DNA of 64,000 nt, taken from contig NW_027117349.1 of NCBI RefSeq assembly GCF_038025025.1, positions 62,001-126,000 of the forward strand. Direction: 5' to 3'. A model generated the notes under the pieces. It did no database searches. It saw only the letters and a program-made list of their open reading frames with translations, and was not told the origin of the DNA. Below are positions 30,306-40,049 of the stretch, piece after piece (position 1 is the stretch's first letter; each line of letters opens with the position of its first letter). This DNA is from Phyllosticta citribraziliensis (lineage: Eukaryota). Made by a program: the position numbers and the translations under genes.

Positions 30306-32037
30306 ATGCCGCCACCAACCGACCGCCGCGAGATCCTTGCCAAATTGCGCGCCCAGGTCGACGCGGGACGGCCTATCGTAGGCGCTGGCGCCGGTATGTT
30401 GACTTTAAATCATTCTTCTTGTGTCGTCTTCGGCCAAGTTTGTCGTTCCTTTCCGCGTCTTAGCTGTCCTGAGATGAGTCGAGGTGATTGATGAGACGAC
30501 GTTCCCATTCTCGTGAGAACACGACGGCTCGTTGTCTCCGACAAGACGTCTCCCTCATCCCTAACACCCGTCACCCATCACCCATCACCAGACATCTTTT
30601 CCGTCCATCGCGCGTGTCCACGCGTCCGTAAAAAAATGTTCGCATGCCGTCCCTTCCCCACACCTTCACCCTTGCCCTGGCCCTTGCCCCTGCCCATGTC
30701 TTTGCCCTCGTCCCTGTCCCTTACCAGCCGTGCGGCGCGCTCCTCCCGTGATCCGCTCACCACAGCCACAACCACGCCCACCGTGTGGTCAGCGAGAGAC
30801 GATACTTGCATCTTGGCTCTGGCATCGTGGAGTGGGCATCGCGAGGCGCGGGGAGGGCTTCCTCGCGGCATTCCGGTGCGGCGTAGCAGGGCACAGCGCG
30901 TGGCTTTCTCCCAAGCCTTGTTGTCACCATTCATTGCAGACACGACAGGTTGGCGTGGGACAGGAAGCATCATAAGCCGGCACGGAGCGGACATGGAGAG
31001 TCTCCGGTCCTTTGCTCCTCTAGAACCGGCCGTGAGAAGGACCATTAGACTTTCCATGGGGAAAATTGAGTGGCCAACTGCCCGGGGAATAGCATCAGGC
31101 AGTATGGCTGATTTTCATGGACTACAGGAATTGGTCTCTCGGCCAAGTTTATCGAAGAAGGCGGCGGTGACTTGATTGTCATTTACAATTCCGGTCGCTA
31201 CCGCATGGCGGGGAGAGGCTCGGTGAGTGCGACTTGTCCTTTGCTGCATCTCGTTGCTCGTCTCGTGATCGTGTGAGCGCGAGATGTAGAGGGCATGGAG
31301 ACAACAAGTTGACAATCAAGCAGCTAGCAGGTCTTATGCCATATGGTAGCGCCAACAAGACTGTGGAAGAAATGGTACGATTCGGCACCTCTTTCTCTTC
31401 GCCCTGACTGACCTGACCTCTTCAGACCCGCGAGATCCAACCCATCCTCTCGCGAACTCCACTACTCGCAGGACTCTGCGCAACCGACCCGTTCCTACCT
31501 CCCCTGACCCTCCTCCCGGAGCTGCGGCGACTGGGAATCGCGGGCATCCAAAACTTCCCCACCGTCGGCCTCATCGACGGCAACTTTCGCGCGCAGCTCG
31601 AGGCCACGGGCATGTCGTACGGCGCCGAGGTCGACATGATCCGCGACGCGCACGCCCTCGACATCCTCACCACGCCGTACGTCTTCGATCCCGAGCAGGC
31701 GGCCGCCATGGCGCGCGCCGGCGCTGACGTCGTCGTCGCGCACATGGGCTTGACGACGGGCGGCAGCATTGGCGCCACCGGCGGCGCCGCTGCTAAGACG
31801 CTCGAGCAGTGCGTCGACGAGATTCAGGCCATTCGCGACGCCGCCGTCGCCGTCAGGAGCGACGTTCTCGTGCTGTGTCACGGTGGCCCCATTTCTGCCC
31901 CGGATGACGCGCGGTTCGTCCTGAGTAGGACGAAGGGCGTGCATGGATTTTATGGCGCTAGCAGCATCGAGCGTTTGCCGGTCGAGACGGCGATTACGAA
32001 TACTATGAAGGAGTTCAAGGGCGTCGAGCTGGCGTAG
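30306..32037 (+). CDS. TIM-barrel 'signal transduction' / PEP-hydrolase-like protein (Tm-1 C-terminal domain-like); 4 exons
   Basis: Exons 30306-30393, 31128-31222, 31324-31374, 31425-32037 give '[92 protein letters not shown]'. Confidence 0.9.
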
Positions 32038-32182
32038 GGGGTACGTATGGTGAATGTCAGATATACTCAAACGAATGCTTCTCTTCGAATGGGACCCTTT
32101 GACTCTTTTGTGCACAGAAAAAGTGCAGGAATCCCTGCACTGGTACAACAATAGAAAAGGTAGCTACACAGTACCAAAACTT

Positions 32183-32318
32183 CACAGTGGATGTCGAAAA
32201 GAAAGAGATCCCATGGGTCTGGCTGCAAATATGAACGACTGCTCTCTAAGCGCGACTGCGGTAGCGAATTCATGCTCCTCAGCAGGAAAATGATCGAGTG
32301 GATTCGCCATCCATGGTA
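32183..32318 (-). mobile_element. Copy A of CACAGTG-ended short repeat element (putative non-autonomous DNA transposon/MITE)
   Basis: Begins CACAGTGGATGTCGAAAAGAAA. Subrepeat cores at 32208/32241/32274 (33-bp period). Degenerate opposite end TTCGCCATCCATGGTA at 32303-32318. Confidence 0.7.
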
Positions 32319-32499
32319 GAGTGTTGTCCGAGACACGCGCTTTCCTCGTCGACCATGTTTCTGTCTACCTAGTCAGTATTGCAAACTTTTCGCCTTGCAA
32401 TTCAACCAGACCAGACTGACCCAGAGCTATAAAGAGAGATCTCTCATCGCATACAACGTCCACCAAATTTAATCCAGTACGCACACGTTACAAAGAAAA

Positions 32500-33690
32500 A
32501 TGCAAGCACAACCAGCCGACTTGTCCGATGATGAGCTCGGTCGCCTCCTTTCACTCGACACCAAAACACCACCGCCATCACTGTCACGCTCCCCACTCAT
32601 GCCACAGCCGCCAACCTCCCCAGTCCGGCTGATTGGATATGGCGCCTGCGGTGCTATCTTCGCGCGCGACGACGCTACCAACGTCTTCAAACTAGCCAAA
32701 ACGCGCAACTACCAGCTGTGGAATGACTACGTGCAGCATACGTGCGTGTGGGAAGCCATACACGCTTTCGGGCTATACCACGAGACGGCTGTTCCCAGGC
32801 CGGGAGCGTTCGTGGCGGCGGAAGACGTGGAGGGCGGAGAAGGGGAGGGAAGAGCAAGACAATGGTGGAGTCGACATGGAGACCTCGCCGCCGCTGTAGC
32901 CGCAGGAAACAACGTCAACATGCCCACGGCAGTCCTGTCATCAGAGAAGATCATCCCGCTCCCACTCCCCCTGCGCAACGCGCTGATCCAGCGCTTCTGC
33001 CACCCGGACAACCAAGCCGCCGCCAGAGCTAGCCCCGGCAACGCAGACTGCCTCGTGCGCATATACTTGGGCAGCTACAGCAGAAGGACACGGGATGGCA
33101 GTGGTGGTGGGAGTGGTGCCTGGACCAACCGATTCTTCAGTCTTCGCAACTTCAAGCTGTACCTGGACCAGCTTCGCGAGCTGCGCGTGGACACGCATCG
33201 GTTGGCGCGCTATATGGCCGGTGCACTGGCGGCGATGCACTGGGGCGCGCGCGTCGACGCGAGAGATGTCGAGTTCGTCGTGGGCTCGCCCCCGTCCTCG
33301 CCCCCCTCTCCTCCCCGTTCTTCCTGGATCCCGCTGTCGTCCGCCCTCCTCAAAACCATGGCTCCCAATACCTCCACCTTCGATCTAGTTTACCCCCGAC
33401 AGCCGGACACGCCGCTACGCTTCTGGCTGCTCGACTTCAACCAGTGTGGCGACATGAGCTTCGATGAGGCCGGCGTGAGGAGGGCCGTCGACGCGTTTTG
33501 GATGAATGATCCGTACTACCCAAGACCGCCGCGGCGCGATGGGGTCGATGACTTTGAGGGCGCGCTGTGGGACACTTTTGTGGCGAGATTTTTGGAGATA
33601 TCGGAGATGATACTTGCGGGCGAGGAGCCAGGGGTGAGAAATTTGCCGGCGATGTTTGTGGATGCATTGGTGGAGAGGGCGAGGCGTTGA
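32500..33690 (+). CDS. DUF3669-family protein (atypical kinase-like motifs), intronless
   Basis: 'LWNDY..H', 'CLVRIYLG', 'FSLRNFKLYLDQL', 'MAGALAAMHWGARVDARDVEFVVG', 'WLLDFNQC', 'AFWMNDPYYPRP' match the fungal DUF3669 family. Upstream TATAAA at about 32428. Confidence 0.85.
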   Translation: MQAQPADLSDDELGRLLSLDTKTPPPSLSRSPLMPQPPTSPVRLIGYGACGAIFARDDATNVFKLAKTRNYQLWNDYVQHTCVWEAIHAFGLYHETAVPRPGAFVAAEDVEGGEGEGRARQWWSRHGDLAAAVAAGNNVNMPTAVLSSEKIIPLPLPLRNALIQRFCHPDNQAAARASPGNADCLVRIYLGSYSRRTRDGSGGGSGAWTNRFFSLRNFKLYLDQLRELRVDTHRLARYMAGALAAMHWGARVDARDVEFVVGSPPSSPPSPPRSSWIPLSSALLKTMAPNTSTFDLVYPRQPDTPLRFWLLDFNQCGDMSFDEAGVRRAVDAFWMNDPYYPRPPRRDGVDDFEGALWDTFVARFLEISEMILAGEEPGVRNLPAMFVDALVERARR

Positions 33691-33837
33691 GAGGAAGCCA
33701 CCGTTGAAGGAGTATTCATTCGCTGCTATACCTACGCTTAAGGAGCATTCATGTACTACTATAGTTGCGCTTAGGAAGTGGTCGTCCATTACCGCAGCCT
33801 GGCCATCGGAGTGCCATTTCTTTCGATGCCCAGTGCG
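33683..33837 (+). mobile_element. Copy B of CACAGTG-ended short repeat element
   Basis: Subrepeat cores at 33709/33742/33775/33808 (33-bp period). Ends ATTTCTTTCGATGCCCAGTGCG. Weak left-end remnant GGCGTTGAGAGGAAGCCAC overlaps the DUF3669 stop. Confidence 0.7.
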
Positions 33838-34517
33838 GGGGGCTAAAATCAATGTGGCCGTTGTTTAGGAAGTCGAGGACGAGCGACGTAACCCCGAAAG
33901 CGAGCTCTTTGTTTCGCTCGCAAGTGATGCAGAGCTGTACAGCGTTGAAATATCACCAAAGACCTGAGAGCATGCCTTGAATGCTCCCAGTCGCCATCTG
34001 GGGCAGCACAACTGCTCTCTATACCACGGTCGAGACAAACAAAATTCGTTCTTTGAGCTTTTGAGCTTTCTTTCAGAAGACCATGAATACTCCACGACCT
34101 CGGTGTTACAGTCAAGTGTCTCGAACAAGAGCTTTCGAACAACGTCGTAGCGCCCGCAAAGGTGAGAGTTCAGTCAGAGCACTGTCTTGGAAGCGCGTCT
34201 CGGCGCAGGCACACCTCAACGCAGCCTGGCTGTGCTCTGTCTCACCCCGAGAACTTCGTCAAGGGAGACGTCCCTATATCTACCTATCTTCGCTGCCACG
34301 TGTATCCAGTACCATTCAACATTCAACATCACTTCCAGTCTGCTGTGCAGCTTCCCTTGTAATTCCCCTTTTGTGCATTGATTTCATTCGATTCGATTTC
34401 CCTCCCATCTGCAGCCGGCTGCCTTTAATCGCACTATCGCACTTCCCCTTCAACGGCCACACATACAGTAATCTTAATCCGAAAGAAGTCATCCGTACAT
34501 ACCCAACCCGAGCCACC

Positions 34518-35085
34518 ATGTCCTTCTCCAACTCCCACAACAACGTCAACCAAACCATCAACCAAACCCAAACCGCGCACTACCACCACTCGTGCAGCGG
34601 CTGCCAGCACGAGCAAACCTGCGACCACAAATTCAACATCGTCGAAGACGCCTACGTGAAGCACGAGCGGCAGCTCGGCGAGCTGCAGAAGCGGACCGAA
34701 ACCACCGCCCTCAGTGTGCAATCCGCGGTCATGAAGGACGATGGGACACTCAGAGACCTCTCGCAGCAAAGCCAGCTCCACGACCGCATGTTCTGCATGG
34801 TGGAGAGGGCATACATGACGCAGGACCAACGAACGCATCGCCGAGCTGGAACGGCGGGTGGGAGAGCTTGCGAGCGCTGATCAGGTGGCCAGGGGTAGGG
34901 TGTGGGCGCAGGTGCGCCGCATCGACCGCTTGGATACTGCCCATTTGGATCTGGACGGGCGCATCGGCCGCTTGCATGCTGAGCATTCGGGTCTGGTGCG
35001 GCGCGTTGAGGCGCTCGAGGCGAGGGCATTGACGGGGCGTGGTGGGTGGAGGAGCGGCCGCCTGTCGCCCGATGAGGTCGAGTAG
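34518..35085 (+). pseudogene. Small coiled-coil hypothetical protein interrupted by a 4-bp duplication frameshift (pseudogene or sequence error)
   Basis: Strong-context ATG (gccaccATG) at 34518. AACG-AACG at 34828-34835; removing one copy gives a continuous ORF ending TAG 35085 with an internal repeat 'FNIVEDAYVKHERQLGELQKR' / 'FCMVERAYMTQDQRIAELERR'. Confidence 0.6.
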
Positions 35086-35387
35086 AGACGAGCTTGGGGC
35101 TCTGGGGCGTACATCCTCGAAAATAATGGACTGTGGGATCTGGGCATGGCTTTTTCCCGGTGGAATAATTGATCGTGTTCGTTCTATGGTCAGGAGATGA
35201 GAACTTGCCAGCTCGGTGATGCTTCCACGGCCGAGAAACTGTCATTCCCCCAAAATGACAATCCCACAAAGGAATCCGCCGTGCTCCTTTCACAACACAA
35301 GCGCGGTTAAAATCGTGTGAAGAATCCAATTGGGAAAAGTCTATGTCTAAATATGAGCAAGCACAGGGAAACAACATGCCTTCCATA

Positions 35388-36739
35388 TCAAGGTCGCGTG
35401 TGCCACCAGTCCTGAGTCAACTCAGGCAACGGCGAAGTCATTTCAGCACCAGCCAATGCCAGGTCAATTAGGCCCCAAAATCTCGGAGTGTCAAGACTTC
35501 GCGGAATACGAACACCAGGCTCACCTTTCTCGACTTTGGTGACCAAAGTCCTTCCAAGTTGTCCGACAGCCTTCATATCGCCCACGTGGGCTGGGCTCGG
35601 TATGTGGACACCTTCAGTCACGACTTCAACCCTGAATCTCTCGCCGTGGTCGTGGAAAATGTTGGGCTCAAATGCCGCGGCCAGGGCAAGAGGGTCGTGG
35701 AGAGGCGGACCTTCGACGAGCGCGAATTCTTCGGCATAGGTCTTTGCGAAAAAGGTCATGATTTCATGAAAGAGGGCACGAATGGGCGATGGGAGCGGCT
35801 TGTCCCCTAGGCCTTTGGGAATGCCTCCTGGGAGCCCGAGAAGTTTGCTCTGGACTTGATCGTTCCCAAGGACTTGATGAGTCAGGTCCAAGGGCGCAAT
35901 CGTGGTCTTGGGCGCCAGCACTGGATGTGACAAGAGGAACTGGGCGGCCTCAGGGTCGCAGTAAATCTTCTCTTCGTCAGTAGATGGAGGAAATAGTGTC
36001 TCGAGGGGCGCTTGCATTGAACTCGGCGTATGGCGTCCAATTGCCAAATCTTTCGCCCTCGCCTTGTACCTTGCCCAGTGGGGCATCGGTGAAGCCGCCG
36101 CCGATGGCACCACCCATGATGCTAAGACCTGCGAGATGCTCTGCAAGGTCGGGATGGTCTTGAATTGTTCGTGCAGCATTTGTCAAAGTTCCAGTCGCGA
36201 CAAGCCACGCCGTCTTGGGAGGAGTGTTGATGAGAGCTTGGTATGTTGCTTCCGAAGCCTCGACATGTTGCATGGCTGGCTTGACGGGCTTAGGCAGAAG
36301 AGTTGTGCCATCAAGTCCAGAATCGCCTGAATTCTTTCAGCAGGCGTCATGGTGGTGGTTGAAAGATTGTGTACCGTGGATGCTGGCTGCGTGGACCGCT
36401 TCCCGCACCAAGGGCTTGCTGGCTCCAGGGTAGACGGGAATGTCACGACAGCCAATCGCTTCGAGTATGCTCAGACTGTTCTGCGTGGTGTGCTCCAAGG
36501 AAGCATTTCCGTGGACTGAGCTGACTCCAAGAAGGTTGACCTTGGGATTGTGGGCGGCCAAGAGGATTGCAAAAGCGTCCTGAGACGGATATCAGAGATA
36601 GGACGAGAACGACGGTCGAGAATGGCGTACATCATGGCCTGCATTCGTGTTAGACATTGGATACGTAGCAGGGAACGAGAAGCAAACCGGGATCAACGTC
36701 AAGCCAGACAGGAGTGGCATTCGGCAGATGGTTTGACAT
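35388..36739 (-). CDS. URH1: Inosine/uridine-preferring nucleoside hydrolase (uridine nucleosidase); 5 exons
   Basis: Spliced 'VWLDVDPGHDDAFAILLAA', 'VSSVHGN', 'ATGTLTN', 'IMGGA', 'GNWTPYAEFNIYCDPEAA', 'PLDLTHQ', 'GPPLHDPLA'. Includes an 8-nt exon and a GC-AG intron. Confidence 0.9.
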
Positions 36740-37027
36740 GTTGGAAAAGGCGAGCAGACGGAGCGACAAAAGAAGTGGGAGACGCGTTGGATTTGGTGTA
36801 ACGTGTGGGACAGGCCAGCGGAGGTCGTGGCCGGGGGTAGACGCGGAGATAACTGATGAGCGGGCGATAGAGTTGAACCAATCAGAAGGTCGCGCGTAAG
36901 CTAAGCGTGTCCTCTGAACGAGAGCTGAACAGGACGGGACCCTTTCCTTGCCGCGACACCACAGCATGCAGTCCAGGAGGTGATTTTGCAAGATCGATCT
37001 CTCGACGCTTCGTCTCAATAAATAGCC

Positions 37028-38924
37028 ATGTTTGGCTACGAGTTTGTCGACCTCGACGAGGCTGCCAAAGTCGCTCGGCGACAGTCGCTGGACCTGTACG
37101 CATCAGTTGCCCAGTGGTCCATCTTTCCCATCCTCGCCCTCATCCAACTCTCAATTCTCTTGCAATGGACCATCACGAAATGTGCCCGAGAGGCACCTCG
37201 CTCGCCTCATCCCCAGCCCATGACCATCGGTCGCAGTCCATGGGTCACTCGCACCCGGGAATCCTGGACGAAGTTTCGATGGTGGGCCGATGAGCCACTG
37301 CGGAACGGTTGGTTCACTCGAGGAGAGACCATGCTCGCAGGTGTTTGGACTGCCTGGCTTTTGTTTCTCTGCGTTTTTCAAACAGGAAATGGTAAGTCAT
37401 TCCGCGAAACTTCTCGTTATGCAGGACTTGTGATTGAAATATCGGCTTCAAGCTCAAGGCTGTATTTCAAACCAAAAAAGCCCGCCAGTTGTAATACATG
37501 ATGCTGCAGTACATCTGGTTTCAATCAATGGCTAACTCAGAGTAGACTATCTTCATCTCACCAAACGCTTCGGTATTGTGGCTGCATCGCAACTCCCACT
37601 ACACTACCTCCTCGCCATGCGTTCAGCCTACTCTCCAATTCAGCTTCTCACTCGACTTTCTTACGAGCGCGTGATTGCTGTCCATGAACTCCTTGGGAAA
37701 ATCCTGACCTTTATATTTGCACTCCACGCAAGTTTCTACTTCAACTTCTTCGTCCAAAAAGGCTGGCTCTCAAAGCGTATACGCGATGTCGATGTCATCA
37801 CGGGCAGCATCAGCTTCCTCATGTTTGCGACTATGAGCACGACTGCGCTTTCGTTTCTACGCCACTGGAACTACCGCGTCTTCTACACTACGCACATTCT
37901 TCTCGCGCTCATCGTCATCGACCTGCTCATCTTCCATGTCTCCCACATACGGGTCTACGTCTTTGAGATGTTTGGCGCTTTTCTGTTACTTCAGCTACTT
38001 CGACAGGCCCTGACGCGTCAGTACTCGGGTACAATCGACCTGGTACCCGGAACCAACCTTGTGCAGGTCGTCATTCCACTGCCGACGGAAAAGGCAGCCC
38101 GTCGCTTCAAACCAGGACAGCATGTGCACCTGTCACGGCCGCTGCTTGGAAAAGTAAGCATGACCAGCGCTTTTGCCATGCGCTACCGTACGAACCCCTT
38201 CACAATTGCATCGGTCCCGCAAAAAGATAGGCAGATCTTGCTCGTCGCTCGTGCTCTTGATGGCAACACAAAATACCTGGCAAACATTGCTCGCTCCTTA
38301 CGCAGAGAAGATACTTCGGAAAAGTCCATCGCCTTGCCGCTGACCATTGAGGGTCCCTACGGTGCCGCAGGCTCGTTCCCAGATTTTAGGGAGTTTGACC
38401 GCGTCTTACTTGTTGCGGGTGGCGTGGGTGGCACCTTTACTGTGCCCATCTACCGCAATATCGTTGAGGCAGGACGTGAGGAAAACGCAATGCCTGTGGT
38501 TAGGGCGAGGGTCAAGTTTGTTTGGGCCGTTCGGAGGCTGGCTGAAACGAAATGGGCGTTGCCAGACCAGAAGCGGTCGACTGAGCCGAGCTTGAAAGAT
38601 CTTGAGCTATACGTCACGAGAAAAGTGGCCATGGAAGAGCACGGAGGCGATGATCACCAGGGATTGATGGAAGAATTTGAACTTGCAGAGAGCGAGACAT
38701 TCAACCGCGAGGATGAGCACGCTAAGAACCATGGCTGGAATATCGAGCAAGGCCGCCCTAATATTCCGAGGCTCGTCGAGGAAGCCTTCACTGGATTAAC
38801 CGGCCGAGTGGCTGTGCTTACATGCGGACCTCAAGGAATGGTCGCTGAACTCCGGCAGCAGGTCAAGAAGTGGGTGCACAAAGGCAGAGATGTTTTTTGG
38901 CACGCGGAACCTTTTGGATTGTGA
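37028..38924 (+). CDS. Ferric-reductase-like transmembrane oxidoreductase (FRE/AIM14-like); 2 exons
   Basis: 'GN|DYLHLTKRFG..ASQLPLHYLL' (intron 37392-37545). Heme His residues in 'VHELLG..LHASFY' and 'FYTTH..FHVSH'. FAD motif 'FKPGQHV..NPFTIAS', 'EGPYG', NADPH motif 'LLVAGGVGGTF', 'VLTCGP', C-terminal 'HAEPFGL'. Confidence 0.88.
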
Positions 38925-39068
38925 CAAGGATCAAACCGTTTTCGCGATGCACAATCTTCGTATGCGCGGTCTACAGGGATACACGAGACACCGGTCCAGA
39001 ATTCCATTACAACAAAACGCTCTTCTTGCACAACGCGCGCTAGCAGCAAAGACTCCGGGATCCGTCTC

Positions 39069-40049
39069 TCAAAGACTTGACTCAATCGCCATGACCTCTT
39101 TCACTCCTTCCTTCACCGCTTCGACCTGGTCTGCACTGAGCCTCTTCAGCGGTCTCCTGGGAAATCCGCCGTATCCGTAGTATGACTGAATGGCCGACTT
39201 GGTTCCTGGAATGGCCGATTTGGTGAGCACCCAGTCACCCTTGCTCAAGACCTTCTGGAGCTCAATAGCCTTGTCGTACTGGCCCTCGGCCCACAAGTTC
39301 CACACCTTGACGCACGTCTTGGGGAGGACGTTGGCGCCACCGGCAATGATTCCTGAACCACCGCTCGCGGCCGTCTGCGCCGTAAAATCAGCCATTCCAC
39401 CAAACGCCATGTAGCCACTGCCGTTGCTCTTGGCCGTCACTGCGTCCATCTCCAGCGCCACACGTGTCAGTTTGCCCGTGTTTCCACACGTAAATTTCGT
39501 TCCCACGATGTTGGCATGTTGGGCCAGCTTGATGAGAAAATCGCTGTCCATGTCAATTCCGGCGACGGCGCCGGGATAGTTGTAGATGATGACAGGAAGC
39601 GGTGATGCGTCAGCCACGCTAATGTAGTAGTCGTAGAGAGCAGCTTCGTCCATGGCGTAGCGGTAGTAGCTGGGCGGCACCAGCAAGACGTATTCGCCGC
39701 CAGCTGCCGCGGCCTCTTTGCACAGTTCAATGGTTCCACGTATGCTTTGCTCGCTTGCGCCTACGATGACGGGGACGTCATTGAAGCCGGCTTCGTCGAG
39801 GGCTTCTCGTGTTGCCTGCGTAACGGCCGTCTTCTCAGCACGCGTCAGGTGCACCGCTTCGCCGTTGCTTCCCATGGTGACGAGACCGACGAGACCGGCT
39901 TGAGCCAGACGGACGGCGTGTCTTTTGATGGTGGCAATGTCCAGCTCTTCGGTCGAGGGATCGAAAAAGGTCATGGTCGGCGAGTAAATTCCCGGCCGCA
40001 GGGGAGTCTGAGATCTCGAAGCGCCATTTGGATGCCCGTTTTCCGACAT
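39069..40049 (-). CDS. gaaC: L-threo-3-deoxy-hexulosonate aldolase (DHDPS family) of D-galacturonate catabolism
   Basis: 'PGIYSPTMTFFDP', 'VTMGSNGEAVHL', 'IIYNYPGAVAGID', Schiff-base Lys in 'GTKFTCGNTGKLTR'. Lies head-to-head with gaaA, as established in Aspergillus niger. Confidence 0.9.
   Translation of the reverse strand: MSENGHPNGASRSQTPLRPGIYSPTMTFFDPSTEELDIATIKRHAVRLAQAGLVGLVTMGSNGEAVHLTRAEKTAVTQATREALDEAGFNDVPVIVGASEQSIRGTIELCKEAAAAGGEYVLLVPPSYYRYAMDEAALYDYYISVADASPLPVIIYNYPGAVAGIDMDSDFLIKLAQHANIVGTKFTCGNTGKLTRVALEMDAVTAKSNGSGYMAFGGMADFTAQTAASGGSGIIAGGANVLPKTCVKVWNLWAEGQYDKAIELQKVLSKGDWVLTKSAIPGTKSAIQSYYGYGGFPRRPLKRLSADQVEAVKEGVKEVMAIESSL

Noticed and set aside
30394..31127. TPP riboswitch or snoRNA in the long intron
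   Set aside because: CTGAGA is present at about 30469 but the downstream TPP consensus (TGAT..GNTAAT.CC.GCG) is missing. There is no properly spaced C/D box pair, no H box between the two hairpins, and the only terminal ACA coincides with the splice acceptor.
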